The notes beneath the pieces were generated by a model. That model saw nothing but the letters and a program-made list of their open reading frames with translations. It did not search any database and was not told where the DNA came from. The position numbers and the translations under genes were made by a program. 32,209 nucleotides of DNA from an uncultured Ruminococcus sp. (GTDB lineage: Bacteria; Bacillota; Clostridia; Oscillospirales; CAG-272), in NCBI GenBank assembly GCA_902782785.1, contig CACZOH010000130.1, forward strand, positions 1 to 32,209, given 5' to 3'. Shown piece by piece: positions 24,055 through 31,086 of this stretch (within the stretch, counting starts at the first letter, position 1; each line of letters starts with the position of its first letter).

Positions 24055-24684
24055 TTAAAATCCGAGATCGTCGTTTACAAGAATGACGTGGATCCTGTCC
24101 TTATGTCTTGAAAATCTTGTTATGAGAAACTGACAGCAAATGGTGTCTGGTGATTTGCAGTCAAAGCACTTTCCCGTAGACGCGCAAGGCGTTTTCAGAT
24201 CGAAGCGCATGGCGTTTGCCGGCGCCGCGACGTTTCTCGCGCGCTTCATCGCGGTGTCAGCATCGGGACAGACCTTGTTCATACCGACGATGAAGATCAC
24301 CTTTTTCGGTCCCTGCGCTATCGCGGAAACTCTGTTTGCGTTGCCGTCTATGTTTATAAGCACTCCGTCGTCCGACATTGCGTTAACGCTTGAGATGAAC
24401 ACATCGGCGTCGTACGCCTTAAGCATCGCCTCGCGTTTGTCGCTGTATTTGTCGCGGTCTATGAAGTTGTATTCGCCGTTCTGCAGCGCATCGACAAGCC
24501 CTATTTCTCGTGCTGACATACATCCGCCCATCGTGACGCTGCTTCCCTTTGGTATAAGCTCAAGCGCGAGCTTCTTCGCGCTCTCCTTATCCGACGCGTA
24601 ATATCCGCTCATATTGCGGGAATTCAATCCCTTGATCGTGATTTTTGCAAGAAGCTCGTTTCTTTTGTACAAATTCTTATCCAT
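24055..24684 (-). CDS. LUD-domain (YkgG/LutC-like, DUF162) protein with a C-terminal Cys cluster
   Basis: MDKNLYKRNELLAKITIKGLNSRNM...VTMGGCMSAREIGL...VIFIVGMNKV..., with C-terminal CASTGKCFDCKSPDTICCQ. I place the start at ATG 24684 (SD GAGGAG). It overlaps the upstream stop by 8 nt. The track's TTG at 24702 is rejected. Confidence 0.78.
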   Translation of the reverse strand: MDKNLYKRNELLAKITIKGLNSRNMSGYYASDKESAKKLALELIPKGSSVTMGGCMSAREIGLVDALQNGEYNFIDRDKYSDKREAMLKAYDADVFISSVNAMSDDGVLINIDGNANRVSAIAQGPKKVIFIVGMNKVCPDADTAMKRARNVAAPANAMRFDLKTPCASTGKCFDCKSPDTICCQFLITRFSRHKDRIHVILVNDDLGF

Positions 24685-26605
24685 TGTTATACTCCTCTTC
24701 AAGTATCGCGTAAGCGTAGGAATCTCCCCATACTCCGCCCTTGTATCTGTGATCCTTTATAAATTTACCCTCGCGTCTCATATCGAGTTTTTCCATGACT
24801 CTTTGCGAGCTTATATTGTCAACGTGGCAGTGCGCCGTGATCCGGTGAAATCCGAGATATTCAAATCCGAATTTCAGCATCTCTGCACCCGCTTCCGTCG
24901 CGTAGCCCTTGTTCTGATAGTCCTTGTGTATGAACCAGCCCGCGTCTCCCTCTCGCTTGTCTTCGGAAACGGAAATATTGCAGCCTCCTATGACCTTGCC
25001 GGAATACACTATCGCAAAATTATAATTGTCCGGCTGAACCGTGCCCATATTCCTGACACAGATATCAATGAATTTTTCCGTATATTCGATATCGAAATCC
25101 TCGTATTTTTCGTCTTTCAACGAAATACAGTATTCCTTTGCGTCGGGCACGTCCGTTTTTTCAAACGGGCGAAGGACGAGATTTTTTGTTTTGATATACC
25201 TGTAATTGAATATGCGCGCTATTGCGGTATTCAAGATCTTATGCGCCGCGTCAAACTCCTCAAACGTTATCTTTTTGGTTTTGTTCCAGGTGTTTTCCGC
25301 GGTGGCAGCGGCGCGCTCCGAAACCTTTTCGAACTCGGAGATCGGATGTCTTTTCGGGTGGTCCGATATTGCGCCGAGATCTCCCCAAGACAAGAGCTGT
25401 CCGCCTGTCATTTTATCGTACGGCGGGATCTTCAGCGTTGAATTGATATAAGGCGAATTCGGATGAACGGGACGGAAAGTGAAAATATCCCATTCAAAGC
25501 ATTCCTTAACGCTCCACATGACAGCGGGTTCAACGACGTAATTCGGGCACCAGGAGCCGTTTATGAGCGTGTAACCGGCTTCTGTAAGCTCGGGCGTAGT
25601 CTGATAGAAATTCTCCCACGAGAAGACCTCCGTCGTTTTCGGAACAAGATAGTTGACGTCGCGGCAGAAGCCCTCCCACACTACGGGTGTTCTGCCGTTT
25701 TTCAGAACGAATTCCGAGAGCTTTGCGACGAATTTTGCAAGTATCCTCTCGGATGAAAGCCTTTCGTCCGAGTCAGTCGGTATTCCGCATTCAGACGCGT
25801 ATTCCCTGCACTTTTCACAACCGAGCCATTGTTTTATATCCGCCTCGTCGCCGCCGATGTGTATCCTGTCGGAATACGGGAACATTTCGCAAAGCTCGTT
25901 TATTATCTTCTCAAACGCGTCAAACGTCTCCTTATGAAAGCCTATGATGCCGCCGTGACCGAACAGCTCGGGATACGCTTCAAGAAACGGCGTACAGTGT
26001 CCCGGCACGTCTATTTCCGGCATTATCTTTATTCCCCTTGCGTGAGCGTATTCGTTCAGCTCTTTTATCTCTTCGTATGAGTAATGCCTGTTTTCCGTCG
26101 GAAGCAGGGGAAAATCGCGGCACGGGAGCGTATAACTCTGCGTATCCGTAAAATGAAGGTGAAGATAAGAAAACTTGTAAAACCTGCAGAGGTCAACGTA
26201 TCTCTTAAGATATTCGAACGGATGCCATATACGCGCGAGGTCTATCATTACGCCTCTGTATCCGCAGTCGGGCTGATCCTCGATCTCGACCTGCGGCACA
26301 CTTCCGTCGTTGCAGACGGAGAGCTGCAGAAGCGTTGCAAAAGCGTTGTTCATACCGGTCAGATCCGACGCTGCGAGAGTGATTTTATCGTCGCCGCAGC
26401 TTATATGATACGCGCCGTTTTTTATATTGTCGGCATATACCGAACAAACGCGCGTTTCTCCGTCCTTTATGCCGAGCTTTTCTTTATATTCCTCATAAGC
26501 GGAAACCGCGGCGCCGAATCTGTCGTCATATTCGACTTTTCCCGGGTTCAGCGCTTTATCTTTTACGCTTATCCTTTTCGGCGTCGGGATGATATATGTG
26601 TTCAT
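24677..26605 (-). CDS. Fusion protein: GH20 beta-N-acetylhexosaminidase (N-terminal, about 460 aa) plus a RimJ/RimL-type GNAT N-acetyltransferase (C-terminal, about 170 aa), predicted cytoplasmic
   Basis: GH20 motifs: GYRGVMIDLARIWHP, YLHLHFTDTQSY, IDVPGH and the catalytic pair in HIGGDEA. GNAT tail: LVLRPFEKTDVPDAKEY...GWFIHKDYQNKGYATEAGAEMLKFGFEYLGFHRITAHCHVDNISSQRVMEKLDMRREG. No signal peptide was seen. Confidence 0.85.
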   Translation of the reverse strand: MNTYIIPTPKRISVKDKALNPGKVEYDDRFGAAVSAYEEYKEKLGIKDGETRVCSVYADNIKNGAYHISCGDDKITLAASDLTGMNNAFATLLQLSVCNDGSVPQVEIEDQPDCGYRGVMIDLARIWHPFEYLKRYVDLCRFYKFSYLHLHFTDTQSYTLPCRDFPLLPTENRHYSYEEIKELNEYAHARGIKIMPEIDVPGHCTPFLEAYPELFGHGGIIGFHKETFDAFEKIINELCEMFPYSDRIHIGGDEADIKQWLGCEKCREYASECGIPTDSDERLSSERILAKFVAKLSEFVLKNGRTPVVWEGFCRDVNYLVPKTTEVFSWENFYQTTPELTEAGYTLINGSWCPNYVVEPAVMWSVKECFEWDIFTFRPVHPNSPYINSTLKIPPYDKMTGGQLLSWGDLGAISDHPKRHPISEFEKVSERAAATAENTWNKTKKITFEEFDAAHKILNTAIARIFNYRYIKTKNLVLRPFEKTDVPDAKEYCISLKDEKYEDFDIEYTEKFIDICVRNMGTVQPDNYNFAIVYSGKVIGGCNISVSEDKREGDAGWFIHKDYQNKGYATEAGAEMLKFGFEYLGFHRITAHCHVDNISSQRVMEKLDMRREGKFIKDHRYKGGVWGDSYAYAILEEEYNNG

Positions 26606-26634
26606 AACGTCTCCTTTACGTATTTACTGGATTT

Positions 26635-26663
26635 ATTTTACCATTATTATTTGATTTTGTCAA
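26635..26663 (-). promoter_or_regulatory. Near-consensus sigma-A promoter for the GH20-GNAT operon
   Basis: Minus strand reads TTGACA-17 nt-TAAAAT, about 30 nt upstream of ATG 26605. Confidence 0.6.
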
Positions 26664-26810
26664 TACGGAGCCTGCGTTTTTTCTAATATCATATTTTACC
26701 AGTTTTTTATAATAAAGTTTATAATTCTTCTACTTTTATTCCCTTACTTTTTTTGCCCCGGTTTGCTACAATGAAGAAAAAGGTCGCATAAAAGGAGAAT
26801 TTGTGTTATT

Positions 26811-27059
26811 ATGAAAGCTACGGGGATCATAAGAAAAGTGGATGAGGTGGGACGCGTGGTCGTTCCTATCGAGCTGCGCTCCCTTATGGGTATAGAAAAC
26901 GGCGATTACGTTGAGATTTTTACCGAGAACGATCAGGTGATATTGAAGAAATATCAGCCCTCCTGCGTATTCTGCGGCGAATTGAACAACATTACGCAGT
27001 TCAGAGGCAAAATGGTATGTCCGGAATGTATCGCCGCTCTGTCAAAGCTTAAGAAATAA
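26811..27059 (+). CDS. abrB: AbrB/SpoVT-family transition-state regulator with a C-terminal CxxC...CxxC zinc-ribbon-like tail
   Basis: MKATGIIRKVDEVGRVVVPIELRSLMGI closely parallels the B. subtilis AbrB N-terminus (MKSTGIVRKVDELGRVVIPIELR). The tail carries CVFC...CPEC. SD AAAGGAGAA. Confidence 0.9.
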   Translation: MKATGIIRKVDEVGRVVVPIELRSLMGIENGDYVEIFTENDQVILKKYQPSCVFCGELNNITQFRGKMVCPECIAALSKLKK

Positions 27060-27071
27060 GCGGCAAAAATC

Positions 27072-27659
27072 ATGGCAAAGCTGTATTTCAAATACGGCGC
27101 GATGGGATCGTCAAAGACGGCGCAGGCGCTTATAACAAGATTCAATTATATTGAAATGGGTATGCGCGTCTGGCTGATAAAACCCTCGCGCGACACAAGA
27201 GACGGAGACAACGTTGTAAAATCAAGGATAGGCTTATCCGCACAGGCTTACGTCATACGCCCGGAAGACGATATCCTGAAGATCTATAACGAGGATTTCA
27301 AGGGCAGGATCGACGTTATTATAGCCGACGAAGCACAGTTCTTCTCTCCCGGACAGATTGATGAAATGCACGAGATAGCGGCGTGGGAGGATATACCCGT
27401 GCTTTGCTTCGGTCTTCGTACGGATTTTATGATGCACGTATTTCCCGGGTCGCTCCGTCTGTTTGAGCTTGCGGAGTCAATAACGGAGATAAAAACGATA
27501 TGCAAATGCGGCAGTAAAGCGACCGTAAACGTAAGATTCACACCCGACGGACGCGTCGCCACGGAAGGCGAGCAGGTCGTATTGGGCGGAAATGAAACTT
27601 ATAGAGCGATGTGTTACAAATGTATGCAGAAGCTTATAAGAGAGCAAAGAGAAAAATAA
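27072..27659 (+). CDS. tdk: Thymidine kinase
   Basis: MAKLYFKYGAMGSSKT (P-loop), IADEAQF, PVLCFGLRTDF, zinc site KTICKCG...CYKC. The product is collinear with E. coli Tdk. Confidence 0.93.
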   Translation: MAKLYFKYGAMGSSKTAQALITRFNYIEMGMRVWLIKPSRDTRDGDNVVKSRIGLSAQAYVIRPEDDILKIYNEDFKGRIDVIIADEAQFFSPGQIDEMHEIAAWEDIPVLCFGLRTDFMMHVFPGSLRLFELAESITEIKTICKCGSKATVNVRFTPDGRVATEGEQVVLGGNETYRAMCYKCMQKLIREQREK

Positions 27660-27664
27660 AGCGA

Positions 27665-27708
27665 ATAAGCGCGTCATTTGACTGAAATGACGCGCTTATC
27701 CGTTTTTT
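27665..27708. terminator. Bidirectional intrinsic terminator between tdk and the convergent lipoprotein gene
   Basis: Perfect 15-bp stem ATAAGCGCGTCATTT / AAATGACGCGCTTAT with a 5-nt loop, followed by CCGTTTTTT. Confidence 0.85.
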
Positions 27709-27711
27709 ATT

Positions 27712-29721
27712 TTATTTGTAATTTTGGAACACGTAGCTTAGTCTTCCGACCGGCGCGCAGTCGCCTTCGCTGTACATCTGCTCCATCGTCGTGATCTTCG
27801 TGTCGCTGTCAACTATCTTGAACGCGAATCTGATCTGCGAGTAATCCGTGATTCCGAGAGCCTCAAGCGGGACCTTTATCATCATCTTGTTGTCTTTTAC
27901 TCTGTATTCTATATCCGCACCGTCTTCAAAATCAAATTCCTTACCGTTTGATTTTGCTTTTCCGAGCGTTGACGTCTTTTCGTCCTTTACGGTGTTGTTT
28001 ATGATGTAATCAAAACCGTAAAATCCCGTTTCCGCGCTCATATCCGTGTTTATGAATATCTGCATCCACGAGGTATCTGCGGCGTATGCGGAAATGGCGT
28101 TAGGCTCGTCGCCGACCGTTTCGGGAACGTCGACGTAGAAATACAGATACTGTCTGTCGTGCGTTATCTTTGCGCTTCTGATATCGTTGTTTCCGCTGTC
28201 GTCCTTGACAGTCTTGCTTCCGAACTGTCTGCCGCTTCGGTCGGCGCAGTCGCCCGTCGGATCGGAATACGTTACGAGTATATCGTCCCACTGCTCAAAA
28301 CCGCCGTCAAGGTCTATTATCTTCCTCGTATCCTGGACAAGCGCAGGGGCGGTACCCTTGTATTTTCTCACGTTATCTATCAGCTGCATATAGTAGTTGT
28401 CGAAATATCCGCCGCGCATCGGCTCTATGTCTCTTGAAAACTCCATTGAAGCCGTGTCAACGAATACGACCTGACCGGGACGGCTGAGCTGTTTCGGATC
28501 CTGTCTCTGTGCGACCCATTCGTTCCAGCCCGTAACGAGAACGTACGGAACGTCCGCCTTGATGGCTCTGTCCCACTGCTCCTGGAAGTTGTAGCCGTAA
28601 AGCACCGCTCCCTCGGAATCGTCGTTCTTCTTATTGTGGAAGCTTCTGCCGCGGTTCGTCCTGTCGCCGTAATATGCGGAATCCGAGAAGCAGACCGTGC
28701 CGCTGTGCTGCGCTACCGATACGTTTATTGCTTCCTTTTCATTGTTTTTGTTCTTGAAGGTCCTCTGAGGTCTCGTGAAATCCATCCACGGCCAGCCGTT
28801 TCTCTTCTGCGCCTCATTCGGCCACTGCGCTTCTCTGTATGTAAAGAAGTTATATATGCCGGCGGACAGATTCTTACAGTCGTCCTCATACGCGATTATA
28901 AGAGGCTTGCCGTCAAGGTAGAACCACGCGTCGGGATAAGAGCCCTTTTTGTATATGCCGTTATAAATATCGCGTACGGTCGAGGCGCTCGACGAATGCG
29001 TGTAGAACACTACCTTCGGCGGATTAAAGCCCTCGTCGTACATATTCTGTATTATCTTCATAACAGCTCCCGCATTGCTCAGATACGGGACGGCGTTTGT
29101 CACGTCAAAGTAAAGAAAATCTATCTCGGCGAGAGTCAGCTCCTCAATATGCTTTCTCATGACCCATTTATCGGATGAATAGTAATATCCGTAAAGAGGT
29201 TCTCCCCAGAAATGCATGGCGCCGACGGGACCCCAGCCCTTGTAGGAGGATTTTTTGGCGTCTTCGCCGCCCTCCTCCATGATCTTCGTCATATCGAGCG
29301 CGCCCCAGTCTCCGTGTTCACCCATCCAGAGAAAGTAGAAAATACCGACGTGCTTTTCGGTGTTGTACGGGTTGCCCGTGAGCGTTACCTCGCGTCCGAG
29401 ATCGTCGACCGCGTAGGTTATGCCGTTTTTCATATTCTTCGTATTCGGGTACGAAACGCCGTCTGCCACGATATGATCGCCGTCGACCGTGTAAGCGGGC
29501 GTTCCCGCGTAATTATCCTTTTCGGCGGGATATGCGGGTTCTGTTTCCGCTTCCGTTTCCGTCTCCGTTATTTGTTCCGTTGTCTCCCCGGCTCCCGTCG
29601 TCTGCCCGGGTTCCGTCTGAGTTCCGCCGTCTGTAGTCACTTCGGGGGAGGCGGGCGCGCAGGCGAACAGAGCCGACAGTATAATCATAGCCGATAATAT
29701 CAAAACAAGTATTTTTTTCAT
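27712..29721 (-). CDS. Uncharacterised lipoprotein with a GH99-like/WbsX-like TIM-barrel domain and a C-terminal beta-sandwich
   Basis: Lipobox MKKILVLILSAMIILSALFAC and a T/E-rich linker. Three motifs (VGIFYFLWMGEHGDWG, WGEPLYGYYYSSDKWVMRKHIEELTLAEIDFLYFDVTN, VLVTGWNEWVAQ) resemble GH99 motifs (FYYxWY, PxLGxYSSxDxxVxxxH, FNEWHEG). The family assignment is tentative. Confidence 0.7.
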   Translation of the reverse strand: MKKILVLILSAMIILSALFACAPASPEVTTDGGTQTEPGQTTGAGETTEQITETETEAETEPAYPAEKDNYAGTPAYTVDGDHIVADGVSYPNTKNMKNGITYAVDDLGREVTLTGNPYNTEKHVGIFYFLWMGEHGDWGALDMTKIMEEGGEDAKKSSYKGWGPVGAMHFWGEPLYGYYYSSDKWVMRKHIEELTLAEIDFLYFDVTNAVPYLSNAGAVMKIIQNMYDEGFNPPKVVFYTHSSSASTVRDIYNGIYKKGSYPDAWFYLDGKPLIIAYEDDCKNLSAGIYNFFTYREAQWPNEAQKRNGWPWMDFTRPQRTFKNKNNEKEAINVSVAQHSGTVCFSDSAYYGDRTNRGRSFHNKKNDDSEGAVLYGYNFQEQWDRAIKADVPYVLVTGWNEWVAQRQDPKQLSRPGQVVFVDTASMEFSRDIEPMRGGYFDNYYMQLIDNVRKYKGTAPALVQDTRKIIDLDGGFEQWDDILVTYSDPTGDCADRSGRQFGSKTVKDDSGNNDIRSAKITHDRQYLYFYVDVPETVGDEPNAISAYAADTSWMQIFINTDMSAETGFYGFDYIINNTVKDEKTSTLGKAKSNGKEFDFEDGADIEYRVKDNKMMIKVPLEALGITDYSQIRFAFKIVDSDTKITTMEQMYSEGDCAPVGRLSYVFQNYK

Positions 29722-29751
29722 TAGTCACCTCATAAAGTTTTGTATTATTCA

Positions 29752-29777
29752 AACAGCGGAGCTGATGCTCCGCTGTT
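29752..29777 (-). terminator. Possible weak terminator after the MsmK-like gene
   Basis: An 11-bp stem AACAGCGGAGC / GCTCCGCTGTT with a 4-nt loop. The U-tract on the minus strand is poor (TTTGAATAA). Confidence 0.4.
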
Positions 29778-29796
29778 GAAACCGTTATTTATCGAT

Positions 29797-30918
29797 TCAG
29801 TGGCAGATGCACTCCTCGGTATCCTTATCGAATATGTGCATTCTCGCGATATCCATAGCGACCTTTACGGTGTCGCCCGCTCTCGCGGTGGAACGGGAGG
29901 AAACGCGGCCCGTAAGCTTAACGTCCTCCGCACCGACTGCGGACAGATACAGATATATCTCGGCGCCCATAAGCTCGGTAACCTCGACGTACGCGTCTAT
30001 GCAGGTATCCGGGAACTGCGATATGTACATAGGCTCGTCATGGATGCACTCGGGACGGATGCCCGCGATGACGTCCTTGCCGATATATTCGCGCAGGGCG
30101 GGATTGGTTGATTTTTCTTTCGGCAGCTTGAGCTCGTTCTCGCCGAATACGACGTAGAGATCTTCGCCCTTTTCCTTTATGGAGCAGTCGATGAAGTTCA
30201 TCTGCGGAGTTCCGATGAAGCCCGCGACGAATATCTTGTTCGGCTGGTCGTAGAGGTTCTGAGGTGTATCGACCTGCTGGATCTTACCGTCCTTCATAAC
30301 GACGATACGGGAAGCCATCGTCATAGCCTCTACCTGGTCGTGCGTAACGTATACGAACGTAGTACCGAGTCTCTTATGAAGCAGCGTAAGCTCGGTTCTC
30401 ATCGTTGCACGGAGCTTTGCGTCAAGGTTTGACAAAGGCTCGTCAAGCAAGAAGACTTTAGGATTACGTACTATGGCACGTCCCAGCGCAACACGCTGTT
30501 TCTGACCGCCGGACAAAGCCTTCGGACGTCTCTCAAGTAAGTGGTTTATATCGAGTATGCGCGCCGCTTCTTCAACTCTGCGCTTGATCTCCTCCTTCGG
30601 AGTCTTGCGGAGCTTAAGTCCGAACGCCATGTTCTCAAACACCGTCATATGCGGATAAAGAGCGTAGTTCTGGAACACCATCGCTATATCTCTGTCCTTA
30701 GGCGCAACGTCATTGACGAGCTTATCGCCTATGAACAGCTCACCCTCAGTGATTTCCTCAAGACCGGCGATCATACGGAGCGTTGTCGATTTACCGCAGC
30801 CGGAAGGTCCGACGAAAACTATAAATTCCTTGTCCTTGATCTCAAGGCAAAAGTCCGAAACGGCAACGACGCCGCCGGGGTACTTCTTGTAAATGTGCTT
30901 TAAAGATAAGCTTGCCAT
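29797..30918 (-). CDS. Carbohydrate (CUT1-type) ABC transporter ATP-binding protein, MsmK/MsmX/MalK/UgpC family, stand-alone
   Basis: [44 protein letters not shown], and a C-terminal MalK-like regulatory domain. I place the start at ATG 30918 ([21 protein letters not shown]) rather than the track's start at 30942. No permease or binding-protein gene is adjacent. Confidence 0.9.
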   Translation of the reverse strand: MASLSLKHIYKKYPGGVVAVSDFCLEIKDKEFIVFVGPSGCGKSTTLRMIAGLEEITEGELFIGDKLVNDVAPKDRDIAMVFQNYALYPHMTVFENMAFGLKLRKTPKEEIKRRVEEAARILDINHLLERRPKALSGGQKQRVALGRAIVRNPKVFLLDEPLSNLDAKLRATMRTELTLLHKRLGTTFVYVTHDQVEAMTMASRIVVMKDGKIQQVDTPQNLYDQPNKIFVAGFIGTPQMNFIDCSIKEKGEDLYVVFGENELKLPKEKSTNPALREYIGKDVIAGIRPECIHDEPMYISQFPDTCIDAYVEVTELMGAEIYLYLSAVGAEDVKLTGRVSSRSTARAGDTVKVAMDIARMHIFDKDTEECICH

Positions 30919-30950
30919 AATATCCTCCTGAATATTTATCAACGCTTTAT

Positions 30951-30979
30951 ATTATAACAGAAAAGTTTGAATTTTTAAA
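30951..30979 (-). promoter_or_regulatory. Putative sigma-A promoter of the MsmK-like gene
   Basis: Minus strand reads TTTAAA-17 nt-TATAAT with a TGT extended -10 element. Confidence 0.45.
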
Positions 30980-31011
30980 GAGTTTTATTCTCCAAAATTT
31001 CAGTATAGTAT

Positions 31012-31028
31012 TTGTGCATATTGCACAA
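31012..31028. promoter_or_regulatory. 17-bp perfect palindrome, candidate operator or activator site
   Basis: TTGTGCA-TAT-TGCACAA lies about 35 nt upstream of the putative -35 of the MsmK-like gene and about 60 nt downstream of the tex stop. Confidence 0.3.
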
Positions 31029-31086
31029 TAATTATAAAATCGGGGCGTTTTCCGGTAATTTTTTTGTCTCCGGTTTTTTTAATATA

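Noticed and set aside
23456-24058. 200-aa and 173-aa plus-strand ORFs rich in VSVS / RFRF repeats
   Set aside because: They are the mirror image of the Thr/Glu-rich repeat linker of the minus-strand lipase gene. They are a repeat-driven artefact, not a gene and not a CRISPR array, since there are no unique spacers of constant length.
26811-27059. AbrB with a CxxC...CxxC tail as a possible novel regulator fusion
   Set aside because: From memory, clostridial AbrB homologues commonly carry this Cys-containing C-terminus (KKYxPxCxFCG...). I treat it as the normal clostridial form, not a novelty.
29797-30918. Stand-alone sugar-ABC ATPase without a permease or binding protein, as a possibly broken transporter
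   Set aside because: Orphan multitask ATPases (MsmX in Bacillus, MsmK in streptococci) that energise several CUT1 importers are well established in Firmicutes. The gene is intact with its own promoter.
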